Assembly (NCBI GenBank): GCA_013332095.1
Contig: JABENI010000010.1
Span: forward strand, 14,175-78,174
Reading direction: 5' to 3'
Length of the DNA: 64,000 nucleotides
Source of the DNA: Candidatus Bathyoplasma sp. NZ
Lineage (GTDB): Bacteria > Bacillota_I > Bacilli_A > MAG-NZ
The notes under the pieces are model-generated. The model ran no database searches. It worked only from the letters and a program-made list of their open reading frames with translations, and had not been told where the DNA came from. Made by a program: the position numbers and the translations under genes. Below are positions 9,501 to 18,596 of this stretch, piece after piece (position 1 is the first letter of the stretch; every line of letters begins with the position of its first letter).

Positions 9501-10192
9501 ATATTATAAATTTATTAAGAGAAGGATTATTGTTAATTAATAAAAAAATATTTTTAATTTTAATCACTCCTACTGTTCTTTATCCTTATAAAAGACCATT
9601 TTGTGAGGATATTATTTTACTTTATGCAAATGAATTAATTAATAAAAATATTATGGACTATATTACTTCGGATTATATGTTAAATAATTTTCGGAAGTTG
9701 AATATATCTATATTGAAAAAACCTGATATTGAAAAAGTTAGATATGCAAAAGTAGCATATTTTGAATTTTTGTTTTTAGATGAAAAATATGCATACGAAT
9801 ATATAAAACATTATCATTTCTTTGTTAAAAACATTAAAACAGATTTATTTGCGATAAAACTGTTAAACATAGACTATAATTACAAAAAAAATATTCATGA
9901 TTCATTTGTAAGTTATAAGAATCATAGTTTCAAGTACTATCTTCAAGTTGTTGATGAAATTTCTGAAAATTTACACGAAGCATCAAATGAAGAATATAGT
10001 GATTTATTAGAAAATATAACTGATGGTGACTGTATAAATTATCTAAATAGTACAGGAATGTATGCCGAGATTGAAAATGATATTAAAACAATGGAAAGAT
10101 TAAATAAAATATCTCTACTAAACCTAGGAGACATAAAAGATGATGAAATTAGAAAAATAGTACAAAAAATAATTATTAAAAGTAGACATTAA
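6515..10192 (+). CDS. Giant membrane-inserted P-loop NTPase, YobI/KAP-family-like (1225 aa)
   Basis: Walker A GHYGSGKST (nt 6692-6718). Two hydrophobic helices (about aa 153-173 and 187-215) are inserted before the Walker B-like LFIEDIDRFDD. A long K/N/E/I-rich helical tail follows. Size is close to Bacillus subtilis YobI (about 1200 aa). Confidence 0.65.
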   Translation: MENEEKEKKEKVEKEKPKEGKLKYLTPIILSDEEIKNDVFFQHLDNALKKEGINNIAVSGHYGSGKSTKILTYCEKFIKNTPKEVKDAKLGVSGKHKIISLAKFSNEKEDDKKEDSKLELEYCLLEQLFYTVDKETVSKSKFRPSVSISKVKVAILSLIFTICLMTISHLFHNDKELNTILIDGNNIFKQNSIKLSGILGVGIILFFMICFVLYLLIKLLTEKKFKSISTPFFNIQSQDNKDLQYSLFDYYLEDVILYFNQTKIKYLFIEDIDRFDDLNIYTKLRELNKIINESRKPKDKKVKFIYSLRDDIFKDINNHLRTKFFDAIISIVPIVSCFNSADKMHEYFLNCDFGPEKKVINDLIFYISDLRTINSIYNDYLIYYQSIIGKEGATGENLDIFKNKLFCMMIYKNVFYNDFFKATNQTGFLAWVKKFKETMFNHNNKNKNNSDIDFNKMTYKQIIDEYNGDFKKKITVAYNDYLKFEKKNNAKKDDYINYETRHIDLIFSMIINEYLDENYLEYISKLPSGFTVNDMKFYSNIISDGEPLYDIKISNYRSVMKRISADKYDRKAIINSSFLLSVLKDYEEDYPIVYKPFCKNDLDLNDERNLNVFNNIVKSSYFYRVINNFDASVYKRINKDKIWIAIINRRLLDYKKESINFESWKDFFSKEEIIQKISTPNIINQIILSTNEIFDDSKKLQNIIKKIPNIESLGKIRKMSSTINKKPTPNSEFAFFGEIVLSETDWKFILSIIYIEKLDTIKSKDLRNRIIKKNSYRKSSENMDFILDKNKADLNKLCEVYEHKENDVIILTIESNFKEFLLYTSKNSNNVKDENILKILERDFGEDSQDLKMEIIKNIENLKLKLEDIRHLSEYEKIKIKVIEDNKVHFTLSNFQNLDQMYEELINYLVKDEETTFSKLKEIFKNSEDEEKKAKYSITLYYELMKRLKHDNHKNYIEINELFKKYIINNIENYFDVNDDVKYGFDIKGDIKFDSDIINLLREGLLLINKKIFLILITPTVLYPYKRPFCEDIILLYANELINKNIMDYITSDYMLNNFRKLNISILKKPDIEKVRYAKVAYFEFLFLDEKYAYEYIKHYHFFVKNIKTDLFAIKLLNIDYNYKKNIHDSFVSYKNHSFKYYLQVVDEISENLHEASNEEYSDLLENITDGDCINYLNSTGMYAEIENDIKTMERLNKISLLNLGDIKDDEIRKIVQKIIIKSRH

Positions 10193-10267
10193 TCGTTGCA
10201 AGTTAATTGTATTATCTTATTATTCCACAGTTTAAATACTCTAAATAACAAATATAGACGAATTGAT

Positions 10268-10298
10268 AAAAAGTAGATTAAAATCTGCTTTTTATTTT
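10268..10298 (+). terminator. Rho-independent terminator
   Basis: AAAAAGTAGATT-aaa-AATCTGCTTTTT hairpin followed by a T-run. Confidence 0.6.
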
Positions 10299-10397
10299 GT
10301 GTGAATTTAATTTTGATAAACAATTGTTTTTTTATTTTAGATGTTATTTAATCTTTTTCGACACTCAAGCTGTGTAAAATGTTTTTGAGGTGATAAA

Positions 10398-12026
10398 ATG
10401 GCGAAAGTAAAAAAGAGACTAGTTAAAGAAGAAGACAATAGAGCAAATAGTGTAATTTACTATGAATTAATAGGGCTAGTAGCTATTTTTTTAGCCATTA
10501 TAATTTTTAATGAACTAGGAACTATTGGTTATTACTCCAGATTATTTTTAAAAGTAATGTTTGGTGACTGGTACTGGGTTATTAATATTTTTATTTTTTT
10601 AACTGGTGTCAGATTAATATATAAACATGATTATATCGATTATCACTCACTCAGAGTAATCGGAGCTACTTCGGTTGTCTTAGCTTTATTAATGTTAAGT
10701 CACGTAAAAGTTTTTGAATATTTGGAAAGAACTAATGAAAACGTCCTGTATGGAACTTGGAATTATTACATTAGTTATTTAACCACCAAATCCAGTGATT
10801 TTATTTTAGGTGGTGGTCTCTTAGGAGGGATTTTTTACACTTTAATAAATTTTTTGTTAGGAAGTTTTGGGACTGTTTTAATTTCTTTACTGATGCTTTT
10901 TAGTGGAATAAGTTTCTTGTTTGAAAAAACTATTCATGAATCCCTGGTAGGAATTAATAAAACTTTTAGTAAGACTTTTAATAATTTTAGTTCGCTTAAA
11001 AAGTTTTTTAAATATGAAATAAATCGAAATGAGAAAATCACTAAAAATGTAAAAGAAAAAACTAGAAAAAAATTAACTTTGACCGAAAAGGAAGTAAAAT
11101 ATGATTTTAATTTACAGGAAAATGTTAGTAAAGTAATATCGGTCGATATAAAACAAATTTTGTACAGTTTGAACATCAATTTCACAAGTTATCACTATAA
11201 AACTAATTATGCCTTTACCGCCTATATTTTTGATGTGAGAGGCAACTTTGATAAAGATAAAACCTTCAGTAAGATCAAGAAGTTAACGAACGATTTAGCG
11301 ATAGTTTTTTACAACCTTAAAAAAAATAGAGTTAAAATAGAAATACCTAATACTTATGTAAAAAATTTAAACTTGAAAAATTTTTACAATCCAAAAGTAG
11401 AGAACTGTTTAACGTTAGGAGTAGAGTCAGAAAATAAACTGAAATATTTAAACTTAAAAGAAGAAGGGTGTCTATTAGTTGCGGGTTCATACCAAAATGA
11501 AAATATAGCTTATATCAATATGCTGCTTTTAGAAATAATTTATAAATATTCTAAAAATGATTATGAATTTTGGTTTTTAGATAAAAAAAATAACTTTAGA
11601 AATTTTTTTGGCCAAAGGTTTGATAGTTTTGAGGAAATCTTAAAACAGAGTAGTGAAATAATTGATCTGAGAATGTATGAGAAAAGAAATAAAAATATTT
11701 TTATCGTTTTAAATAATTTTGAAGAGTATTATCATTATAAGTACGAGAGCAAATTTATGTTTAATTTACAAACTTCTGTCAGTACTAATATTTATTATTT
11801 AATCAACAGTAATAGAGTTATTGAACAGCAGAGTTTAATTAACTTTATTCAAAATAAAATTGTTTTGAAAATGCACAACTACGATTTGAGTGAACAATTG
11901 ACTAAAAGTGACTACGGTATCCACTTACAAAAATCAGGAGATATTTTGTACGTTTATAAAGGTGGTGTGAAAAGAATTTATGCCCCAATTGTTAGTACTA
12001 GAGAAGTCGAAAAATACTATAAATAA
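10398..12026 (+). CDS. FtsK/SpoIIIE-like membrane protein with degenerate ATPase motifs (542 aa)
   Basis: N-terminus with about 4 TM helices as in FtsK/SpoIIIE. LLVAG is conserved, but the Walker A is replaced by SYQNENIAY (nt 11466-11510) and the Walker B region reads IFIVLNNFEE. Confidence 0.6.
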   Translation: MAKVKKRLVKEEDNRANSVIYYELIGLVAIFLAIIIFNELGTIGYYSRLFLKVMFGDWYWVINIFIFLTGVRLIYKHDYIDYHSLRVIGATSVVLALLMLSHVKVFEYLERTNENVLYGTWNYYISYLTTKSSDFILGGGLLGGIFYTLINFLLGSFGTVLISLLMLFSGISFLFEKTIHESLVGINKTFSKTFNNFSSLKKFFKYEINRNEKITKNVKEKTRKKLTLTEKEVKYDFNLQENVSKVISVDIKQILYSLNINFTSYHYKTNYAFTAYIFDVRGNFDKDKTFSKIKKLTNDLAIVFYNLKKNRVKIEIPNTYVKNLNLKNFYNPKVENCLTLGVESENKLKYLNLKEEGCLLVAGSYQNENIAYINMLLLEIIYKYSKNDYEFWFLDKKNNFRNFFGQRFDSFEEILKQSSEIIDLRMYEKRNKNIFIVLNNFEEYYHYKYESKFMFNLQTSVSTNIYYLINSNRVIEQQSLINFIQNKIVLKMHNYDLSEQLTKSDYGIHLQKSGDILYVYKGGVKRIYAPIVSTREVEKYYK

Positions 12027-12054
12027 AAAAATAGGCTCCGGGACCTATTTTATT
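12025..12054. terminator. Bidirectional terminator between convergent genes
   Basis: AAAAAAATAGG-ctccggga-CCTATTTTATTTT; overlaps the rarA stop codon. Confidence 0.5.
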
Positions 12055-13229
12055 TTGAAGTATTTATTGATTAACTGATATCTATTTTTAAGTGTTTCCT
12101 CATAACTACCGGAGTCAGTTGGTTCAAAGTATTTTCGGTAAGTTGCGCCGGTAGGAAAATACTGTTGATTGACAATTTTACCAGCAAAATCATGAGGATA
12201 TTTATACAGTTTACGGTTTTTTAAATTGTTGGGAAGTGAGCCGGAGTTTCCGGCACTGATATCTTTAAGGGCCTTGTCAATCGCTAAATAGGCACTGTTT
12301 GATTTAGGAGATAGGGCTAATTCGATAACTAACTGCGATAGCGGAATTCTGGCTTCGGGAAATCCTAATTTAAAAGCAATTTCAGTAACAGCGTTTGCTC
12401 TGACCCCTAAATTGGGATTGGCTAAACCAATATCTTCGTAAGCGATAACCATCAATCGTCTAGTGATTGAATGTAAATCATCTAGCAGGATCAATTTAGC
12501 TAAATAATGTAAACTAGCGTTAACATCAGAGCCACGAATGCTTTTTTGTAAACCGCTTAGTAAGTCGTAGTGGTCATCTTCACCTAAACTTAAATTTGTT
12601 TTTTGAAAAGTTTGTCTCGCCACTGCTAAAGTTATTTCCTCGTTAAGCATTAACATTTCTAACATATTAATACTTGTTCTGATTTCAGAACAACTGGCTT
12701 CAGCGATGTAGCGAAGTATTTTTTCATCGATTGCTCTATTTTGGTATTCGCTGTCAGCAATTTTTTTTAAGTAACTAAAAATCTGCTCTTTATTAATCGG
12801 CTTGACCGTTAAGATTGTCGTTCTCGAGCGGATTGATTTGTTGATTGAGTGATAAGGGTTAGCCGTAGTCAAACCGATTAAAGTAATTTCTCCTGATTCT
12901 AAATATTCTAATAAGAAGTCTTGAACATCTTTTTTTAGTCTGTGAATTTCATCGACTAAAAGCAGAACAGGTGAGTTTAAAATTATTTCTTTTAATTTGG
13001 CTTTGTTGTCTTTACTAGCGTTAAAAACGGCGGTATTGCAGTCAGCACTGTTTAATAAAATATGGCCGATAGTCGATTTACCTGTCCCAGGAGGTCCAGA
13101 CAGGATTATCGAGTGAAACTGCTGTTTGTTGATCATCATATTTAAGATACTATTATCGTTAGTTAAATGGTTTTGGGAAATAACTTCCGATAGTTTTTTA
13201 GGTCTTAGTTTACTAGCTAATGGCTCCAT
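12045..13229 (-). CDS. rarA: Replication-associated recombination protein A (AAA+ ATPase)
   Basis: Walker A GPPGTGKST, Walker B LLLVDEIHR, MgsA-type C-terminal domain, 394 aa. Confidence 0.9.
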   Translation of the reverse strand: MEPLASKLRPKKLSEVISQNHLTNDNSILNMMINKQQFHSIILSGPPGTGKSTIGHILLNSADCNTAVFNASKDNKAKLKEIILNSPVLLLVDEIHRLKKDVQDFLLEYLESGEITLIGLTTANPYHSINKSIRSRTTILTVKPINKEQIFSYLKKIADSEYQNRAIDEKILRYIAEASCSEIRTSINMLEMLMLNEEITLAVARQTFQKTNLSLGEDDHYDLLSGLQKSIRGSDVNASLHYLAKLILLDDLHSITRRLMVIAYEDIGLANPNLGVRANAVTEIAFKLGFPEARIPLSQLVIELALSPKSNSAYLAIDKALKDISAGNSGSLPNNLKNRKLYKYPHDFAGKIVNQQYFPTGATYRKYFEPTDSGSYEETLKNRYQLINKYFKIK

Positions 13230-13392
13230 TGTTGCTCCTCCTTTAATTGATATTCCTAGTTTAATAGTATCAAAAATGTTTCTTCATTGAAAGAAAAAGA
13301 AATGAAAATTAAAAAAAAGAGTCAGTTTGCTTTTTCAATTATTTGACTTTTTGCCCTTTGATTGGTAATATATCAGTACTAGAGGTGATTTT

Positions 13393-14043
13393 ATGAAAAA
13401 GTCTTTTGCCGTTATCGGATTAGGTTCATTTGGTTACAGTATCGCAGAAGAGTTAATCAGACTAAATGCTGATGTTGTTTGTATTGATATAAAACAAGAG
13501 CAAATTCAAAACATTTCCAAATTAACTCAACACGCCGTAATTTGTGATGCGACTAAAGTAGAGAACTTAAACGAGTTAGGAATAAAAAATATAAATCATG
13601 TAATTGTCTGTATCGGTGATGATGTGCAAGCAAGCATTTTAACGACCTTAATTTTAAATGATTTAGGAGTAAAAAAAATAACAGTAAAAGTTAAAAACTC
13701 ATACCATGCAAAAGTTGTAGAAAAAATTGGCGCACATGAAGTAATTTATCCTGAAAAATTGATGGGAACAAGGTTTGCTAGAAAAATTATTTCAGACAAT
13801 TTTTTAGAATTGATAGAAGTTACCAAAGAATTTAGTTATGTTGAAATTAAAATACCTAAAAGATTTATCGGAAAATCAATAATTGATTTAGATATTCGTA
13901 AAGTATTTGGGGTAAATGTAATTTCAATAATTCGAAATGGTAAAATTACTTGGCCGACAGAAGCAGGACTACTACTAAAAGATGATTCTTTGATGCTGAT
14001 TGGTGATACTAAACATTTGATGAATTTGACATCGAGATTTTAA
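13393..14043 (+). CDS. ktrA: K+ uptake system regulatory subunit KtrA/TrkA (RCK domain)
   Basis: Rossmann motif IGLGSFG, TrkA-N plus TrkA-C architecture, 216 aa. Confidence 0.85.
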   Translation: MKKSFAVIGLGSFGYSIAEELIRLNADVVCIDIKQEQIQNISKLTQHAVICDATKVENLNELGIKNINHVIVCIGDDVQASILTTLILNDLGVKKITVKVKNSYHAKVVEKIGAHEVIYPEKLMGTRFARKIISDNFLELIEVTKEFSYVEIKIPKRFIGKSIIDLDIRKVFGVNVISIIRNGKITWPTEAGLLLKDDSLMLIGDTKHLMNLTSRF

Positions 14044-14107
14044 AAGAGATAAAATTCTCTATTTTTCTGTTTTAAAAGTGTTTATAATAAAAAAGAGGTG
14101 ATTTTTT

Positions 14108-14794
14108 ATCAATAAAAAGATAAGAGAAGTAAAAATTGAGAAAAACTATATTAAACATCCTGAAGGTTCTTGTTTAATTAGTGTAGGAGATACTAAAGTC
14201 ATCTGTAATGCAACAGTTGACGAGAAAGTACCCTTTTGGTTGAGAGGAAAAAATAAAGGGTGGATATCAGCAGAATATTCGCTTTTACCTAGAAGTACTA
14301 ACAGTAGAGTTCAAAGAGAAGCAACAAAAGGTAAGTTGACTGGTAGAACTCAAGAAATTCAACGGTTGATCGGTAGGTCTTTGCGAAGTGTAGTCGATTT
14401 AGAAAAATTAGGTGAGCGAACAATAATTATTGATTGCGATGTTATTCAAGCGGATGGTGGGACTAGATGTGCTTCAATTACTGGTGGATTTGTAGCTTTA
14501 GAAATTGCGATTAAAGGTTTAATCGAAAAAAAATTACTGAAAGAGAATCCAATTAAAGAAAATGTTGCGGCAATTAGTGTTGGAATAGTAAAGGGAGAAC
14601 TTGAACTAGATTTAAATTATGAATTAGACTCAAAAGCGGATGTTGATATGAATGTCGTAATGACAGAGTCAGGTAAATTTGTAGAAATTCAAGGTACCGG
14701 CGAAGAGGATACTTTTACTAAAGAACAGTTGGATCAAATGTTAGAAATGGCGGAGTTAGGAATTGTAGAGTTAATCGATGAACAAAAAAAATAA
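14108..14794 (+). CDS. rph: Ribonuclease PH (start codon unresolved; track ORF begins at TTG 14240)
   Basis: The in-frame region 14102-14239 encodes the conserved RNase PH N-terminus ([23 protein letters not shown]...[20 protein letters not shown]) but has no ATG/GTG/TTG. RBS AGAGGTG lies at 14094-14100 and ATC at 14108. Confidence 0.8.
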   Translation: MNKKIREVKIEKNYIKHPEGSCLISVGDTKVICNATVDEKVPFWLRGKNKGWISAEYSLLPRSTNSRVQREATKGKLTGRTQEIQRLIGRSLRSVVDLEKLGERTIIIDCDVIQADGGTRCASITGGFVALEIAIKGLIEKKLLKENPIKENVAAISVGIVKGELELDLNYELDSKADVDMNVVMTESGKFVEIQGTGEEDTFTKEQLDQMLEMAELGIVELIDEQKK

Positions 14795-15353
14795 GTTGTT
14801 TATAGCCAGCAAAAATAAAGGCAAAATAAAAGATTTTGAAAATTTGTTTAAATCTTACGAAATAGAATCTCTGCTCGATTATTCAATAGATGATGTTGAA
14901 GAAACGGGAACAACATTTACAGAAAATGCTTTTTTAAAAGCCAAGACGATTAGTGAAGAGTTAAATATTGTAGTTATTTCTGATGATTCAGGGTTAGAGT
15001 GTTCAGCACTTAACGGTGCTCCTGGTATCCATTCAGCTAGATACGCAAAAGATCATGATGATTTAGCTAATAATAAGTTGTTGCTGGAAAACTTGAAAGG
15101 TAAAAATAGGTCTGCTAAATTTGTTAGTGTTATTTGTTTGTACTATCCAAACGGAGATCATTATCTGTTTAGAGGAGAAGTAGAAGGGATAATTTTAGAG
15201 GAATTTAGAGGTACAGGGGGGTTCGGATACGATCCATTATTTTTTATTGAAAGTTTACATAAAACATTTGCTCAAATGGAGATAGCCGAAAAAAATAAAA
15301 TTTCCCACCGAGCAAGAGCAATTGAAAAATTAACCAATAGTAAGTTATTGTGA
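14778..15353 (+). CDS. rdgB: Non-canonical purine NTP pyrophosphatase (RdgB/HAM1)
   Basis: [10 protein letters not shown] and GGFGYDPLF motifs; rph-rdgB-ysnB order as in Bacillus. Confidence 0.9.
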   Translation: MNKKNKLFIASKNKGKIKDFENLFKSYEIESLLDYSIDDVEETGTTFTENAFLKAKTISEELNIVVISDDSGLECSALNGAPGIHSARYAKDHDDLANNKLLLENLKGKNRSAKFVSVICLYYPNGDHYLFRGEVEGIILEEFRGTGGFGYDPLFFIESLHKTFAQMEIAEKNKISHRARAIEKLTNSKLL

Positions 15354-15835
15354 AAATACTACTAACGAGCGGTCTACATGGTTATTCGAGAGAACTTGTC
15401 GCTATTTATTATCGGACAGCGGTAGAAGAAGTTATTATTTTAGGCGATTATGAATTTGATATCGATATTCTTCCTTTTGAGCCGTTAGTTGTTAAAGGAA
15501 ACAGCCTAATGGACAATTACGGGAGGGACTTTGAAGTAATTAAAAGAGGAAATATTACTTTTTTTATAACTCATGGTCATTCGTTCGGCGTTAAATCAGG
15601 GTTAAATGATTTAAAGAAATTTGGGAAAGAGTATCGTCCTAATATTGTTTGTTTTGGCCATACCCATAGAGCAGAAATTTTGAAAGACGAGGGAATAACC
15701 TATTTAAATCCAGGCTCGTTAATAAAACCGTGGGGTTTAAATAAAAAGTCTTATATGATTTTAACGATTGCTGAAGAAACAAAAGTTGAGTTATTTGATA
15801 TTGCTGGTAATTTAATAGAAGAGCAAATAATTTAA
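15350..15835 (+). CDS. YfcE/YsnB-type metallophosphoesterase
   Basis: GD, GN and GHTH motifs are present. Motif I reads SGLHG (Asp replaced by Gly). GTG start overlaps the rdgB stop. Confidence 0.75.
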   Translation: MKILLTSGLHGYSRELVAIYYRTAVEEVIILGDYEFDIDILPFEPLVVKGNSLMDNYGRDFEVIKRGNITFFITHGHSFGVKSGLNDLKKFGKEYRPNIVCFGHTHRAEILKDEGITYLNPGSLIKPWGLNKKSYMILTIAEETKVELFDIAGNLIEEQII

Positions 15836-15858
15836 AAAGCATTTAAAGATGCTTTTTT
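15835..15858 (+). terminator. Rho-independent terminator
   Basis: AAAGCAT-ttaaag-ATGCTTT plus T-run. Confidence 0.6.
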
Positions 15859-15902
15859 ATTGTGATATAATAAAAAAAACTTTTTAAAAAATAAAAATTA
15901 TG

Positions 15903-15930
15903 TTGACAGATTTTTTCATACAAGTATAAT
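15903..15930 (+). promoter_or_regulatory. Candidate sigmaA promoter of potABCD
   Basis: TTGACA (15903-15908), 16 nt spacer, TATAAT (15925-15930). Confidence 0.5.
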
Positions 15931-15964
15931 AAATTGTAGTTTGTGATTAATAAAGGGGGACTAA

Positions 15965-17002
15965 ATGAACTTTATTCAATTAAAAAATTTAACAAAGGTT
16001 TTTGACAATAATGAGGCAGTTGTTAAAAATATAAATTTAACAATCAATAAAAATGAATTTGTTACCCTGCTAGGACCAAGTGGTTGTGGAAAGACTACTA
16101 TTCTTAGGATGATCGGTGGTTTTACCGAAGTCACTAGTGGTCAAATAATCCTAGATGAGGAAGATATAACTAATTTAGCAGCTAATCACCGGAAAATTAA
16201 TACCGTCTTTCAAAACTACGCTTTATTTCCTCATTTAAATGTTTTTGAAAATATTGCTTTTGGCTTAAAGGTAAAGAAATTACCACCAGAGGAAATTAAG
16301 CAAAAAGTTGATAAAGTGTTAACTTTAGTAAAATTAACCGAATATCAAGAGCGAAAGATTAAATCTTTAAGTGGTGGACAAAAACAGCGTGTTGCGGTAG
16401 CTAGAGCAATCATCAATGAGCCGAAACTTTTATTACTAGATGAGCCTTTGAGTGCTTTAGATTTAAAATTAAGACAAGAGTTACAATATGAACTTAAAGA
16501 CATGCAAAAGCATTTAGAAATTACGTTCTTATTTGTCACTCATGACCAAGAAGAGGCTTTGACCATGTCTGATCGGATAGTCGTAATAAATAATGGTGAA
16601 ATTCAACAAATTGGAACGCCAGAGTCGATTTATAACGAGCCTAAAAATAAGTTTGTCGCCGCTTTTATCGGTGAATCTAATATTATTGCAGGGCAGTATT
16701 TAGGAAGTAAAAAAGTAAAGTTTTTTGATTTAGAATTTGAATGCGTGGATACCGAATTTGCGCTAAACGAAAAAGTCGATGTAGTTATAAGACCAGAAGA
16801 TTTTGATGTTGTAAGTAGCGAAAAGGCTAAAATTGTTGTGAAAGTTGATGATATTGTCTTTAAGGGAGTTCACTATGAAGTGATTGCTTATTACGGTGAC
16901 TTTGAACTTGTTATTCATACGCTTGAGCATCTGCAAATAGGAAAAGTAATCGGTTTAACTATCGACCCCTTTGAAATTCATCTGATGAAGACCGATGAAT
17001 AA
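15965..17002 (+). CDS. potA: Spermidine/putrescine ABC transporter ATPase
   Basis: GPSGCGKTT, LSGGQKQR, LLLLDEP; PotA-type C-terminal regulatory domain. Confidence 0.9.
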   Translation: MNFIQLKNLTKVFDNNEAVVKNINLTINKNEFVTLLGPSGCGKTTILRMIGGFTEVTSGQIILDEEDITNLAANHRKINTVFQNYALFPHLNVFENIAFGLKVKKLPPEEIKQKVDKVLTLVKLTEYQERKIKSLSGGQKQRVAVARAIINEPKLLLLDEPLSALDLKLRQELQYELKDMQKHLEITFLFVTHDQEEALTMSDRIVVINNGEIQQIGTPESIYNEPKNKFVAAFIGESNIIAGQYLGSKKVKFFDLEFECVDTEFALNEKVDVVIRPEDFDVVSSEKAKIVVKVDDIVFKGVHYEVIAYYGDFELVIHTLEHLQIGKVIGLTIDPFEIHLMKTDE

Positions 17003-17807
17003 ATTTAAAAAAATAAATATTTTTGCTTTAGGTTGGAACGGTTTATTTATCATTGTTCCCCTCGTTTTAATGACAATACTTTCGTTTAGTACAACAAGAG
17101 GTTTTTCCTTACAGGAAATTGAATTTAGTTTAAGTAATTTTTCTAAATTAACGGAATCGTTTTATTTTATTGCTTTTAAAAATTCGCTTAAATATTCTTT
17201 TATCACTACCTTTATCTGTTTATTAATTGGTTATCCCACAGCTTTTATTTTATCCAAGTCGCCGATAAAAAATAAAAATTTATTATTAATCTTAATTATT
17301 TTACCTTCGGTTTCTAATCTGCTTTTACGGGTTTTAGCTTGGGAAAAATCATTTGCTGCTAACAGTATTTTGAACTATTTAGGGATAAGTTTAAATTTAC
17401 TAGGAACTGATTTAGCGATAATTATTGGAATGGTATCGATTTATTTGCCGTTTATGATCTTGCCAATTTACTCCAGTCTAGAAAAAGTTGAAAATTCAGT
17501 ATTAGATGCGGCTAAAGATTTAGGAGCAACAAAATTGTTCACTTTCAAAAAAGTGATACTACCGTTAACTGTTCCAGGGATAATCAGCGGAATTGTCCTC
17601 ACATTATTACCTAGTGCTACTACTTTTGTAATTCCACTGAGATTAGGTAATGGGAAAGTACTGCTGATTGGAAACATCATCGAACAGAGCTTTAAAAAGA
17701 CTTTTAATTTCAATATGGGATCTTTAATATCGTTAATTTTAATGATCTTAATTCTCAGTTTTATGGTCTTGATTTTTAAGTATGATCGTGAAGGTGAAAC
17801 GTTATGA
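16995..17807 (+). CDS. potB: Spermidine/putrescine ABC transporter permease
   Basis: Six-TM permease with EAA-type loop (DAAKDLGATK); overlaps potA and potC. Confidence 0.85.
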   Translation: MNKFKKINIFALGWNGLFIIVPLVLMTILSFSTTRGFSLQEIEFSLSNFSKLTESFYFIAFKNSLKYSFITTFICLLIGYPTAFILSKSPIKNKNLLLILIILPSVSNLLLRVLAWEKSFAANSILNYLGISLNLLGTDLAIIIGMVSIYLPFMILPIYSSLEKVENSVLDAAKDLGATKLFTFKKVILPLTVPGIISGIVLTLLPSATTFVIPLRLGNGKVLLIGNIIEQSFKKTFNFNMGSLISLILMILILSFMVLIFKYDREGETL

Positions 17808-18595
17808 GCAAAAAAAGATACCGCTTAGTTTCTCCCTTAATTTTAACTGTTACTTTTTCGCTACTGTATTTTCCGCTATTGATAATAGCCGCTTTAAGTG
17901 TAAATTCATCTAAATTAGATTATAAGTTTACCGGATTAAGTTGGAAATGGTACAAGGAGATATTTACGCATAACGGCTTGCTTGAAGTAATTAAGACTAC
18001 TTGGATTATTGCGATTTTAGCAACTATCTTAAGTACAATTATCGGGACTTTATTCGCTTTAGGGATAAATTCATTAAGAGCAAAAAAGAGAAAAAGGCTC
18101 TTAATGTTAAACGTTGTTCCGTTAATAAATGCCGATATCGTAACAGCAGTTTCTTTAAGTGTAATTTTTTCGTTTTTAGGCATTACTTTTGGTTATCCAA
18201 CGCTCTTGTTAGCACATGTCTTTTTCTGTATTCCCTTTGTAGTTATCAGCGTTTTACCGAAACTATCAGAAATTGATGAAGACATTTATTTTGCTGCTAG
18301 AGATTTAGGAATGTCTAAATTTGAAGCGATTATTAAAGTTGTTATCCCCCATATAAAAACGGGGATTATCACCGGAGCATTAATGGCCTTCACGATGAGT
18401 ATTGATGATTTTGTTATCAGTTATTTTGTGCAAGGAAACGGGGTCAATAATTTTTCTATCTGGCTTTATTCGGCGATGGGAAGAAAATCATTTACCCCAG
18501 CCGCCTACGCCTATAATACTCTCGTAACGATCTTAATTTTTGCAATTATAATATTTATTAGTAGTAAAAATAATATAAAAAGAAGAGGTAGATGA
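17804..18595 (+). CDS. potC: Spermidine/putrescine ABC transporter permease
   Basis: EAA-type loop AARDLGMSKFE; operon context. Confidence 0.85.
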   Translation: MSKKRYRLVSPLILTVTFSLLYFPLLIIAALSVNSSKLDYKFTGLSWKWYKEIFTHNGLLEVIKTTWIIAILATILSTIIGTLFALGINSLRAKKRKRLLMLNVVPLINADIVTAVSLSVIFSFLGITFGYPTLLLAHVFFCIPFVVISVLPKLSEIDEDIYFAARDLGMSKFEAIIKVVIPHIKTGIITGALMAFTMSIDDFVISYFVQGNGVNNFSIWLYSAMGRKSFTPAAYAYNTLVTILIFAIIIFISSKNNIKRRGR

Positions 18596-18596
18596 A

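Noticed and set aside
18001-18276. 91-aa + strand ORF inside potC, and similar overlapping ORFs (1583-1789, 3995-4231, 10934-11185, 16345-16539, 17468-17713, 17920-18183, 18533-18793, 21752-21964, 26462-26677, 41288-41506, 41777-42025, 45473-45658, 46610-46867, 49676-49912, 50456-50641)
   Set aside because: They are alternative-frame or antisense ORFs nested in strongly supported genes, typical of AT-rich DNA.
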